Below are positions 11,518 through 24,099 of a stretch of DNA of 64,000 nucleotides, piece after piece. Made by a program: the position numbers and the translations under genes. This DNA comes from Macrostomum lignano (taxonomy: Eukaryota). The notes under the pieces are model-generated. The model was not told where the DNA came from. It saw only the letters and a list, made by a program, of their open reading frames with translations, and did no database searches. Positions within the stretch are counted from its first letter, which is position 1; each line of letters opens with the position of its first letter. The DNA is taken from the NCBI GenBank assembly GCA_002269645.1, contig NIVC01000984.1, forward strand, positions 124,001 through 188,000, read 5' to 3'.

Positions 11518-12059
11518 AAGACGAGTATCAAGTGGAGACGGTAGTTGAGAGTAGCAGTAGATGCATTACACCATCTCTCGCAGCTTTACTAAACTCTTGA
11601 GCCTATTTTTGTGCTGAAGGAAATTATTGAGCACCAAATTCTGTTGCTAGGGGATATTTCTTTCCAATAAAATATGCGCAGATTCGGTGCCCGGTAGGCC
11701 TGATTAGAATTGAGCATCTCTCTGTCTGCCAGTGAATGGCGCCAGTCCATCTTAGGCAATCTGCCGGTCTTGAGTGATATTCCATGTAGGCACAGCTCCA
11801 ATCTCCCCCCTCAAGTCTCCGGGCTTCGTCAACCAAGCCAACCAGCCAGTGCACAAAAAATACTCGTATTTGCCAGCAGAACAGGAGAATCTAATTTTCA
11901 CTCTAACTCTGTCTATCTGGGGTCTGGAGTGGCTTTGGATGATACATTGATATGGCAACCATGGCAACCATCGGAGGTTTGTTGAGGTGAATTGCTGATC
12001 GGTTTTATTTGAGCCTGGATCTGATAGACTTAGTTCAGGTGCCAACCAATTCTGTTTTT

Positions 12060-13380
12060 CTGACTCGATTGCAGATTCATGACTGACTCGATTGCACACT
12101 CATGTCTGACTCGATTGCAGATTCATAACTGACTCGATGGCACACTCATGTCTGACTCGATTGCACACACTCATGTCTGACTCGATTGCAGATTCATAAC
12201 TGACTCGATGGCACACTCATGTCTGACTCGATTGCACACTCATGCCTGACTCGATTGCACACTCATGCCTGACTCGATTGCAGACTCATGCCTGACTCGA
12301 TTGCACACTCATGTCTGACTCGATGGCACACTCATGTCTGACTCGATTGCACACTCATGCCTGACTCGATGGCACACTCATGCCTGACTCGATTGCAGAT
12401 TCATGCCTGACTCGATTGCACACTCATGCCTGACTCGATTGCAGACTCATGCCTGACTCGATTGCACACTCATGTCTGACTCGATGGCACACTCATGTCT
12501 GACTCGATTGCACACTCATGCCTGACTCGATTGCAGATTCATGACTGACTCGATTGCAGATTCATGCCTGACTCGATTGCAGATTCATGCCTGACTCGAT
12601 TGCACACTCATGTCTGACTCGATTGCAGATTCATGACTGACTCGATTGCAGATTCATGCCTGACTCGATTGCAGATTCATGACTGACTCGATTGCAGATT
12701 CATGACTGACTCGATTGCAGATTCATGCCTGACTCGATTGCAGATTCATGCCTGACTCGAATGCAGATTCATGTCTGACTCGATTGCACACTCATGCCTG
12801 ACTCGATTGCAGATTCATGCCTGACTCGATTGCACACTCATGCCTGACTCGATTGCAGATTCATGCCTGACTCGAATGCAGGTTCATGCCTGACTCGATT
12901 GCACACTCATGCCTGACTCGATTGCAGATTCATGACTGACTCGATTGCAGATTCATGCCTGACTCGATTGCAGATTCATGCCTGACTCGATTGCAGATTC
13001 ATGCCTGACTCGATTGCAGATTCATGCCTGACTCGAATGCAGGTTCATGCCTGACTCGATTGCACACTCATGCCTGACTCGATTGCAGATTCATGACTGA
13101 CTCGATTGCAGATTCATGCCTGACTCGATTGCAGATTCATGCCTGACTCGATTGCAGATTCATGCCTGACTCGATTGCAGATTCATGCCTGACTCGATTG
13201 CAGATTCATGACTGACTCGATTGCAGATTCATGCCTGACTCGATTGCAGATTCATGACTGACTCGATTGCAGATTCATGCCTGACTCGATGGCGGATTCA
13301 TGACTGACTCGATTGCAGATTCATGACTGACTCGATTGCAGATTCATGACTGACTCGATGGCGGATTCATAACCAACTCG
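12060..13380. repeat. 23-bp minisatellite (GCCTGACTCGATTGCAGATTCAT)n
   Basis: Period 23 read at 13141-13200; about 57 units. Confidence 0.97.
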
Positions 13381-14341
13381 ATTGCGCCAATTATTTATGA
13401 CGTGCGTCAGTTTTTCGTCTTGACTGCAAAACCATAAGACATGTTTTCTTGAGTCTATCTTTAGATGCGAAGTTTCCATATAGGCAAGGTTTGACGTAAA
13501 ACGATTGACATATCTATTATTATTCATAAACTTCGATGAGTTGCTTATATGGCATTTCAAACATTTCGCTGATCAATTTCTGCAGCAAAGTTTGGCGACA
13601 TAAGGCGATTGACTCGTGACTAAACATCCCCGTGAGCTTAAATTGCGGGAAGCAATTTATCAGTTGAGTTGCAAACAGCTCTGCTAACAGCTAGCAAACA
13701 GATTACATTGATAGATACTAGCAATCTGCGCTCCCATTGGGGAAAGCAACAAAGAGAAGAACCATTTTTCAATAACCAATACGTGTGGCTTCTGACGCTG
13801 CACAGTCACTATTGCTGGTTTCTTAAGGAAAGTAATGTGTAGATCTAAAAAGCAGCAGCCCTAAAAGCCAGCTATCATCTATCTAGGCAACCCCCTCCCC
13901 ATGAGCCACAGCATTTTAGCGATTCCACCATGAGCCTTGGCATCTCAGCAACTCTCAGCAAAAGGATTTAAGATACCGCTAGACTTTATTAGAGGCAGGG
14001 GGCTGTGTGCACCCTGGCGCACTTTAAGCGACATTGTCACACAAACCGGCTACAGGTATTACTGCCCATTCCGCCGACTCCCCTGAGCAGGCACACAAAC
14101 GCGCGGATACGTACCGCAGTCATACGCACAGGCACACACTCACACAAGAGTGTACAGCGGCCCTAACTTTATTTTATCGCTTGACATGTACACTTCACTG
14201 TGCCTTGGGGGCTGGCCCTCAAAGCCGTTAATTGCACGAGCAGAGCCAAGCCGAGATTCCAATTTAGCCCCAAATTAATGTGACTGCACTTGGAATCGAG
14301 CCTCTGCCGCTGGCACATCAGAGCACTGGGCTACGGTCCTC

Positions 14342-15469
14342 GATACCTCTAGACAGATAATATACCTCTAGACAGATAGGATACCTCTAGACAGATAAGA
14401 TACCTCTAGACAGATAAGATACCTCTAGACAGATAAGATACCTCTAGACAGATAAGATACCTCTAGACAAATAAGATACCTCTAGACAGATAAGAAACCT
14501 CTAGACAGATAAGATACCTCTAGACAGATAAGATACCTCTAGACAGATAAAAAACCTCTAGACAGATAATATACCTCTAGACAGATAAGATACCTCTAGA
14601 CAGATAAGATACGTCTAGACAGATAAGATACCTCTAGACAGATAAGATGATACCTCTAGACAGATAAGATACCTCTAGACAGATAAGATACCTCTTGACA
14701 GATAAGATACCTCTTGACAGATAAGATACCTCTAGATAGATAAGATACCTCTAGACAGATAAGATACCTCTAGACAGATAAGATACCTCTAGACAGATAA
14801 GATACCTCTAGACAGATAAGATACCTCTAGACAGATAAGATACCTCTAGACAGATAAGATGCCTCTAGACAGATAAGATGATACCTCTAGACAGATAAGA
14901 TACCTCTAGACGGATAAGATACCTCTAGACAGATAAGATACCTCTAGACAGATAAGATGATACCTCTAGGCAGATAAGATACCTCTAGACAGATAAAATA
15001 CCTCTAGACAGATAAAATACCTCTAGACAGATAAGATACCTCTAGACAGATAAGATACCTCTAGACAGATAAGATACCTCTAGACAGACAAGATACCTCT
15101 AGACAGATAAGATACCTCTAGACAGATAAGATACCTCTAGACAGATAAGATACCTCTAGACAGATAAGATACCTCTAGACAGATAAGATACCTCTAGACA
15201 GATAAGATACCTCTAGACAGATAAGATACCTCTAGACAGATAAGATACCTCTAGACAGATAAGATGATACCTCTAGGCAGATAAGATACCTCTAGACAGA
15301 TAAAATACCTCTAGACAGATAAAATACCTCTAGACAGATAAGATACCTCTAGACAGATAAGATACCTCTAGACAGATAAGATACCTCTAGACAGACAAGA
15401 TACCTCTAGACAGATAAGATACCTCTAGACAGATAAGATACCTCTAGACAAATAAGATACCTCCAGGCA
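14342..15469 (+). repeat. 19-bp minisatellite (GATACCTCTAGACAGATAA)n, left arm of inverted pair
   Basis: About 59 units, each containing TCTAGA. Confidence 0.98.
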
Positions 15470-15766
15470 GACACCCACAGACGCTCTCTCTCTCAGAAAG
15501 TCTCTCCGTGATATTGCCACCACCCAGTATTTCCAAGAAATTTAACAGCGGTGTACAGGTAGCGAGAGGGATCCAATTGTAAACCGATAATGCGATACGG
15601 GCTCGCGGCACAAGTGCCTCTCTGTCTTGTCTCGCAAACAATTGCTTGTCAGAAGGAGAAAAGTGGCTGATTACCGCTGCACGCACAGATATAATCGCGG
15701 GGCCAGGTGTTCGCGGATGGCTGCCAGTTTGGGATGCGGCGGGAAGAAATGCCGCAAAAATTGAAG

Positions 15767-15822
15767 GCCAAGTCATAGAATTCTAGATAACTAGTTAGTT
15801 ATCTAGAATTCTATGGCCAAGT
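15767..15822. mobile_element. 42-bp perfect palindrome (20+2+20) with CATAG..CTATG ends flanked by 7-bp direct repeat GCCAAGT
   Basis: gccaagt|catagaattctagataacta-gt-tagttatctagaattctatg|gccaagt. Confidence 0.8.
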
Positions 15823-16339
15823 CACGCGCCTGGCATGCTTTGGGTGGGGGTTCCGAGAGACAGGGGGGCCCACTCAAACATCTGCTCCAGTCTGCCACTC
15901 TTCCGGGTGGAAATCGCCTAGCAATTAGAAGAATTTAGTTGGGAAAATATCGCTAAATAGGGATTTGCTATCAGCTTAGGAACAGTCTCTATCAGCTATT
16001 GATCCCCCTAAGCCGGTCGTATTTTTCAATTCAAACGGAATGGCTGAATACAATTTGCAAAACAAGCAGAGCAATGGCACACAGGTGAAACAATTCAAAG
16101 AGAATTCATTTGTTTTACTGCAAATTCACTCTATTAGAAATATAGCTGTACACTTCGAAATTCGCAATAGAAATAACTTTTTGACTCTGTGAATACGACG
16201 AGATCATTGCACTGAGGATAGTCTCGTGTTATGCAGCAAATATTTGGTAATTTAATAGGGAAACAAACTGTTTTAAATACTTTTGTAGGTTTGTTTATAA
16301 ATACGACGCTTTTTTATTGGCAAACTGTTTTGAGGTTGC

Positions 16340-17801
16340 TTATCTGTCTAGAGGTTTCTTATCTGTCTAGAGGTATCTTATCTATCTAGAGGTATCTTAT
16401 CTGTCTAGACGTATCTTATCTGTCTAGAGGTATCTTATCTGTCTAGAGGTATCATCTTATCTGTCTAGAGGTATCTTATCTGTCTAGAGGTATCTTATCT
16501 GTCTAGAGGTATCTTATCTGTCTAGAGGTATATTATCTGTCTAGAGGTATATTATCTGTCTAGAGGTTTTTTATCTGTCTAGAGGTATCTTATCTGTCTA
16601 GAGATATCTTATCTGTCTAGAGGTATCTTATCTGTCTAGAGGTATCTTATCTATCTAGAGGTATCTTATCTGTCTAGAGGTATCTTATCTGTCTAGAGGT
16701 ATCTTATCTGTCTAGAGGTATCTTATCTGTCTAGAGGTATCTTATCTGTCTAGAGGTATCTTATCTGTCTAGAGGTATCTTATCTGTCTAGAGGTTTCTT
16801 ATCTGTCTAGACGTATCTTATCTGTCTAGAGGTATCTTATCTGTCTAGAGGTATCTTATCTGTGTAGAGGTATCTTATCTGTCTAGAGGTATCTTATCTG
16901 TCTAGAGGTATCATCTTATCTGTCTAGAGGTATCTTATCTGTCTAGAGGTATCTTATCTGTCTAGAGGTATCTTATCTGTCTAGAGGTATCTTATCTGTC
17001 TAGAGGTATCTTATCTGTCTAGAGGTATCTTATCTGTCTAGAGGTATCTTATCTGTCTAGAGGTTTCTTATCTGTCTAGACGTATCTTATCTGTCTAGAG
17101 GTATCTTATCTGTCTAGAGGTATCTTATCTGTGTAGAGGTATCTTATCTGTCTAGAGGTATCTTATCTGTCTAGAGGTATCTTATCTGTCTAGAGGTATC
17201 ATCTTATCTGTCTAGAGGTATCTTATCTGTCTAGAGGTATCTTATCTGTCTAGAGGTATCTTATCTGTCTAGAGGTATCTTATCTGTCGAGAGGTATTTT
17301 ATCTGTCAAGAGATATCTTATCTGTCTAGAGGTATATTATCTGTCTAGAGGTATCTTATCTGTCTAGAGGTATCTTATCTGTCAAGAGGTATCTTATCTG
17401 TCTAGAGGTATATTATCTGTCTAGAGGTATCTTATCTGTCTAGAGGTATCTTATCTGTCAAGAGGTATCTTATCTGTCTAGAGGTATCTTATCTGTCTAG
17501 AGGTATCCTATCTGTCTAGAGGTTTCTTATCTGTCTAGAGGTATCTTATCTATCTAGAGGTATCTTATCTGTCTAGACGTATCTATCTGTCTAGAGGTAT
17601 CTTATCTGTCTAGAGGTATCTCATCTGTCTAGAGGTTTCTTATCTGTCTAGAGGTATCTTATCTATCTAGAGGTATCTTATCTGTCTAGAGATATCTTAT
17701 CTGTCTAGAGGTATCTTATCTGTCTAGAGGTATCTTATCTATCTAGAGGTATCTTATCTGTCTAGAGATATCTTATCTGTCTAGAGGCATCTTATATGTC
17801 T
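16340..17801 (-). repeat. 19-bp minisatellite (TTATCTGTCTAGAGGTATC)n, right arm (reverse complement of 14342-15469)
   Basis: About 77 units that share rare variant units with the left arm. Confidence 0.98.
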
Positions 17802-18538
17802 CATTATTTGATATTTCGTCTGCGTTAAATAAGTTCATTTCTCTTGCGTGTCAGCTACTGACAGTAGTCTCCATTAGAGAAATTTTCAAGCGTATAATTG
17901 GTGACGCAAAAGTCAGAAAACACAAGCAGATTGGGGAGGGTAGGGAGAAAAATAGATAAGCGCACCTGATCGCGAATGTCTTATCCCTTAAAAGACTGAA
18001 CGTTTTTACTTGCAGGAACGAAGCCAATTATAGAAGACTGAGCTGTGGCTTTGCATAAGTAGGTTTAACTCTATGCTTTCAATGCCAGTTGCTACTTGTT
18101 GGCAATTTTTTTCGCTATTGACTCCCTTATGCACCAGGCTCTGTCTATCATCCAACAGCTCTTTGGATAATTAATCTCATCATTTGATAAAAAACTACAT
18201 TTCCCTAATCTGCCTTTTTTTCATCCATCTTACAATTCCTTAATCTCATTTGGTCTCAACTCCCAGATTTGCTCTTTGCATCTTTCTTGATCTGTACCTG
18301 ACAGTATGATCTATCGGTCCCTATCTCTTGTATCCCTCGGCTTCTTCAACTGAGGAAGCCGCACGGCTATTCGCCCCCCCCCTCCCCTCAGCCAGTCTCT
18401 GAATCCCGATTGTTGGGGAGTCGATTAGCTCTGCCGCTCTGCCGGGTGAGAGCGGCATAAAAGCGGCACAGCAGGGGCAGGGCTAAGCAAACCAGCTTAC
18501 GATAAGAGCAGAGCAAAGAGCAACAATTAAGCACTTCA

Positions 18539-21500
18539 ATGCTAGGAAATCATTCAAATCGGTTCGCTGATTCCAGTAGCCATGGCAACGCCACGCTGCT
18601 CAGCATGCCAACCTGGACAGTCGTCGGCGCCGTGAAAGCCACCATCATGCTGGCGCTGTTCCTGACTGCCCTGTTTGGCAATGCCGGGGCCGCTTCCGTG
18701 CTGCTGCTCATCCGCCGACGGCTGAACGGCGGCGGCTGGGACGGCGGCGACAGGGCAGGAGGCGGCTGGACTCTGCTGCTGCACCTTCTGGCCGCCGACA
18801 CACTGGTTGCCATCTTCTGCATGCTCGGCGACGCCATGTGGCAGGCCACGGTGCAGTGGCTGGCCGGCGACGCCATGTGCCGACTGTTCAAATTCTGCCA
18901 GTCGGCGGCCCTCGCCGCGTCCACCTACGTCACCGTAGCGGTGGGCATCGACCGGGCCATGGGCGTCGTTGACGCCGAAACCTCGGATAGTCCGCAGCGC
19001 CGCCGGTGCAGACGGAGACTCCTGACTGCCGCCTGGGGCCTCGCATTACTGGTCAGCTGCCCGCAGGTTCGTGCACCGGGAGACTGGAACTCGGGAGGCC
19101 TGTTCGATAATGATGGAGTGCTGAGGAGACTGGGACTTGGATAGCCTGTTCGATAATGATGGAGTGCTGAGGAGACTGGGACTTGGATAGCCTGTTCGAT
19201 AATGATGGAGTGCTGAGGAGACTGGGACTTGGATAGCCTGTTCGATAATGATGGAGTGCTGAGGAGACTGGGAGTTGGATAGCCTGTTCGATAATGATGG
19301 AGTGCTGAGGAGACTGGGACTTGGATAGCCTGTTCGATAGTGATGGAGTGCTGAGGAGGCTGGATGATTAATTTTATCTTTTCGTCAATAATAAATTTAC
19401 TTGTCAGGGATGAGTACTCGTATCTCAGGAGAAAACAAAAATCCCCATTATGATTCTCCTAAAACTAGCTGCTACAATTTCGCGTCGCCCGCGGGCCCTG
19501 GGAGCTGCCGTTCTACCAGTGCGTCTCACTGCATGTCGACCCGCCAGCCGAGCTCGCTGGCAGCATTGACCGAATCCTGATGGCCGTGATGATCTTCAAC
19601 CTGACCTTCATGTTCCTCCTGCCTGTGACGGTCCTCTCGTTCGCCTACGGCCGCCTCGTGCGCGCCATCGACGAGGGGCGTCGCGTGATCGGTAAATTGA
19701 ATCACCAGCTCAGTCACCAATTCAGCCACCAATTCAGTCACCAATTCAGTCACCTGTTCATTCACCAATTCAGTCACCAATTCAGCCACCAATTCAGTCA
19801 CCAATTCAGTCACCAATTCAGTCACCAATTCAGTAAATAATTCAGTCACAAATTCAAACACCTATTCAGTAAATAATTCAGTCACAAATTCAGCCACCAA
19901 TTCAGTCACCAATTCAGTCACCAATTCAGTCACCAGTTCAGTCACCAATTCAGTCACCAATTCAGTCACCAATTCAGCCACCAATTCAGCCACCAATTCA
20001 GTCACCAATTCAGTCACCAATTCAGTCACCAATTCAGTCACCAGCTCAGTCACCAATTCAGCCACCAATTCAGTCACCAATTCAGTCACCAATTCAGTCA
20101 CCTATTCATTCACCAATTCAGTCACCAATTCAGTCACCAATTCAGTCACCAATTCAGTAAATAATTCAGTCACTAATTCAATCACCAGCTCAGTCACCAA
20201 TTCAGCCACCAATTCAGTCACTAATTCAGCCACCAATTCAGCCACCAATTCAGTCACCAATTCAGTCACCAATTCAGTCACCAGCTCAGTCACCAATTCA
20301 GTCACCAATTCAGTAAATAATTCAGTCACTAATTCAATCACCAGTTCAGTCACCAATTCAGCCACCAATTCAGTCACCAATTCAGCCACCAATTCAGTCA
20401 CCAATTCAGTCACCAATTCAGTCATCAATTCAGCCACCAGTTCAGTCACCAGTTCAGTCACCAATTCAGTCACCAATTCAGCCACCAATTCAGTCACAAA
20501 TTCAATCACCCATTCAGTCACCAATTCAATCACCAGTTCAGTCACCAATTCAGTCACCAATTCAGTCACCAGTTCAGCCACCAATTCAGTCACCAATTCA
20601 GTCACCAATTCAGTAAATAATTCAGTCACTAATTCAATCACCCATTCAGTCACCAATTCAGTCACCAGTTCAGTCACCAATTCAGCCACCAATTCAGTCA
20701 CCAATTCAGTCACCAATTCAGTCACCAATTCAGTCACCAATTCAGTCACCAATTCAGTAAATAATTCAGTCACAAATTCAATCACCTATTGAGTCACCAA
20801 TTCAGTCACCAGTTCAGCCACCAATTCAGCCACCAATTCAGTCACCAATTCAGTCACCAATTCAGCCACCAATTCAGCCACAAATTCAGCCACCAATTCA
20901 GTCACCAATTCATTCACCAATTCAGTCACCAATTCAGTAAATAATTCAGTCACCAATTCAGTCACCAATTCAGTAAATAATTCAGTCACCAATTCAGTCA
21001 CCAATTCAGTCACCAGTTCAGCCACCAATTCAGTCACCAATTCAGTCACCAATTCAGTAAATAATTCAGTCACCAATTCAGTCACCAATTCAGCCACCAA
21101 TTCAGTCACCAATTCAGTCACCCATTCAGCCACCAATTCAGTCACCAATTCAGTCACCAATTCAGTCACCAATTCAGCCACCAATTCAGTTACCAATTCA
21201 GTCACCAATTCAGTCACCAATTCAGTCACCAATTCAGTAAATAATTCAGTCACAAATTCAATCACCTATTGAGTCACCAATTCAGTCACCAGTTCAGCCA
21301 CCAATTCAGCCACCAATTCAGCCACCAATTCAGCCACAAATTCAGCCACCAATTCAGTCACCAATTCAGCCACCAATTCAGCCACAAATTCAGCCACCAA
21401 TCCAGTCACCAATTCATTCACCAATTCAGTCACCAATTCAGTAAATAATTCAGTCACCAATTCAGTCACCAATTCAGTCACCAATTCAGTAAATAATTCA

Positions 21501-23552
21501 GTCACCAATTCAGTCACCAATTCAGTCACCAGTTCAGCCACCAATTCAGTCACCAATTCAGTCACCAATTCAGTAAATAATTCAGTCACTAATTCAATCA
21601 CCCATTCAGTCACCAATTCAATCACCAATTCAATCACCAGTTCAGTCACCAATTCAGTCACCAATTCAGTCACCAATTCAGTCACCAATTCAGTCACCAA
21701 TTCAGTAAATAATTCAGTCACCAATTCAGTCACCAATTCAGTCACAAATTCAGTCACCAATTCAGCCACCAATTCAGCCACCAATTCAGCCACCAATTCA
21801 GTCACCAATTCAGTCACCAATTCAGTCACCAGTTCAGCCACCAATTCAGTCACCAATTCAGTCACCAATTCAGTCACCAATTCAGTCACCTATTCATTCA
21901 CCAATTCAGTCACCAATTCAGTCACAAATTCAGTCACCAATTCAGCCACCAATTCAGCCACCAATTCAGCCACCAATTCAGTCACCAATTCAGTCACCAA
22001 TTCAGTCACCAGTTCAGCCACCAATTCAGTCACCAATTCAGTCACCAATTCAGTCACCAATTCAGTCACCTATTCATTCACCAATTCAGTCACCAATTCA
22101 GTAAATAATTCAGTCACCAATTCAGTCACCAATTCAGTCACCAATTCAGTAAATAATTCAGTCACAAATTCAAACACCTATTCAGTAAATAATTCAGTCA
22201 CAAATTCAGCCACCAATTCAGTCACCAATTCAGTCACCAATTCAGTCACCAGTTCAGTCACCAATTCAGTCACCAGTTCAGTCACCAGTTCAGTCACCAA
22301 TTCAGTCACCAATTCAGTAAATAATTCAGTCACCAATTCAGTCACCAAATCAGTAAATAATTCAGTCACTAATTCAATCACCAGCTCAGTCACCAATTCA
22401 GCCTCCAGTTTAGTCACCCATTCAGTCACCAATTCAGTCACCTGAATGTTTATCAATGTTTCCATCGCGGACGGCAAATCCAACGAAAACTCGTGTTATG
22501 GTTGATTAAATTGAATAAATTGATTAAACTGATCCAATTAAGTTGATTCGTTATCATTTTTTAATCACGCATGCATGAAGCGACAAATTTACTCTGATTA
22601 GACAAATTAAAGCTGAAGGATCTGTATTGCCTTAAAAGGTAGTGCCTTCCTTAAACAGTATTGAAAACATTGGGTAAAAGAGTTATACAGCTGTATCTTG
22701 TTCCAGACCGTCCGCCCCATCACACTTCCCCATCCGCCCACTCCCCCCTCTATCTGCTCCCTGTATTTATCTTCTTCCTATACTCTTCTGCCTCCATTTA
22801 ACGGTGTGCATGCTCGTCTCCAACGCCCCACTTTGTACTTCACCGTCCGCCATCATCATCCCTACAACCGCCCCTTCACTAACACTCTCTCCGCCCCCTC
22901 TCTCCGCTCCCTCTATCCGCCCCTCTCTCCCGCCCCCTCTACCTGGCTCCGCCCCTATCCGCCCCCTTTATCCGCCCCCGCCCCCGCCCCTATCCGCCCA
23001 CTTTATCCGCCCCCTCTCTCCACCCTCTCTATCCGCCCCCGCTCCTATCCGCCCCCTTTATCCGCTCCGGCTCCTATCCGCCCCCTTTATCCGCCCCGCC
23101 CCTATCCGCCCTCTGCTTTATTCGCAGCCGAGCGGCAAGCTTTGGACAGCGATCGCGAAAGCGGCAGCGTCGGCGGACTGATGAGGCGTGCCAGAGTGCG
23201 GAGCCTGCGGATGTTCGCCGCGATCATCTTGACCTTCATTGTCCTGTGGACACCCTACTGGCTGATCTACCTCGCCACCTGCGTGAGCAACCTGGTCACC
23301 GGTGTTCTAGATCAGACTTCGGACCAGAATTATCACTCCAGACTCGAACTGGCTAGCGATTTAATCTTCTGCTTCGGCATGAGCGTTAGCTCTGTGAATC
23401 CCTTTATCTATGCCTTCTGGGGTGGAGGCAGAGGCGGCGGCGGAGGTGGCGGCGGAGGCGGCGTCGGAGGTGGCGGCGGAGGCGGCAGCGGAGGCGACGG
23501 CGGAGGCCGGAATCATCAGCAAATTCTGCAAATTCCAATGCTAATCATCTAA
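18539..23552 (+). CDS. Rhodopsin-family neuropeptide GPCR, corazonin/GnRH-receptor type; join(18539..19066,19469..19691,23128..23552), 391 aa
   Basis: Seven TM segments with GT-AG introns in consistent phases (0,1). Motifs: LHLLAADTLV (TM2), ATVQWLAGDAMCRLFKF (ECL1/TM3), GIDR, PQ|LLQFRVARGPWELPFYQCV (ECL2), RRARVRSLRM..WTPYW (TM6), IFCFGMSVSSVNPFIY (TM7). The ECL2 RGP..FYQCV and TM7 FGMS..VNP.IY motifs resemble arthropod corazonin receptors. Confidence 0.88.
19098..19363. repeat. 46-bp tandem repeat (~6 copies) in GPCR intron 1
   Basis: atagcctgtt recurs at 19141 and 19187 (period 46). Confidence 0.95.
19704..22443. repeat. 12-bp minisatellite (TTCAGTCACCAA)n, ~228 units, GPCR intron 2
   Basis: Directly visible. 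It produces artefactual (TELV)n ORFs on the minus strand. Confidence 0.98.
22890..23112. repeat. C-rich short tandem repeat (CTATCCGCCCC-like) before GPCR exon 3 acceptor
   Basis: Repeated tatccgcccc units end about 15 nt before the AG at 23126-23127. Confidence 0.85.
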
Positions 23553-24099
23553 ATCTTCATGTTGGATATTTCTTTATTAACTTACCAAACTCGAGTCAAG
23601 AATTCGTAGAAATTACAACTTCCTGAAAGTTAAGCAAAGAAAACTTTTTAACTAATGTCTGGGCGGGATGGTTTTGAAAGTGAGAAAAATTTTGTAAAAT
23701 ATTTTCAGGTCTTGACTCGAGGTGCAAATTGTTTGTTTGTCAATTCCCGCTGTATTTCAATAATTTGTACTGTGAGGCAACCGCTTCATCCTAATCACAT
23801 AATTACGTAATTAGCCAGTTTTTCTCCTCTAATAAACATCTCTATGAGAGATGGATTTTATGGGTTCTGATTGGCATTGTAGTTGCTGTTGCTGTTCGGT
23901 GTTGCTAACGCTGCAAGTTAAGCACAGTTGAACACGGTTAGCTATGGGCCATTCCAGCTGCTTCATCTGGCATGTATTTCTGTGTTTCTAAATCAAATGT
24001 TGCTGCTTTTTTCTTTTCTACTGTTTGATTTTTGGGAAGTATCGTCGTAAAAAGTTTGTGAAAATCTTGAAAGCCTATGATCTACCTGACAATGTTATA

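Noticed and set aside
10064-11531. Long minus-strand ORFs (214-462 aa; PHSHP/ILIP repeats)
   Set aside because: All three frames are open only because the purine-rich repeat lacks stop complements. There are no splice or domain features.
19526-22483. (TELV)n ORFs resembling coiled-coil or ice-nucleation-like proteins
   Set aside because: They are antisense translations of an intronic 12-bp array, and variation between units is not third-position biased.
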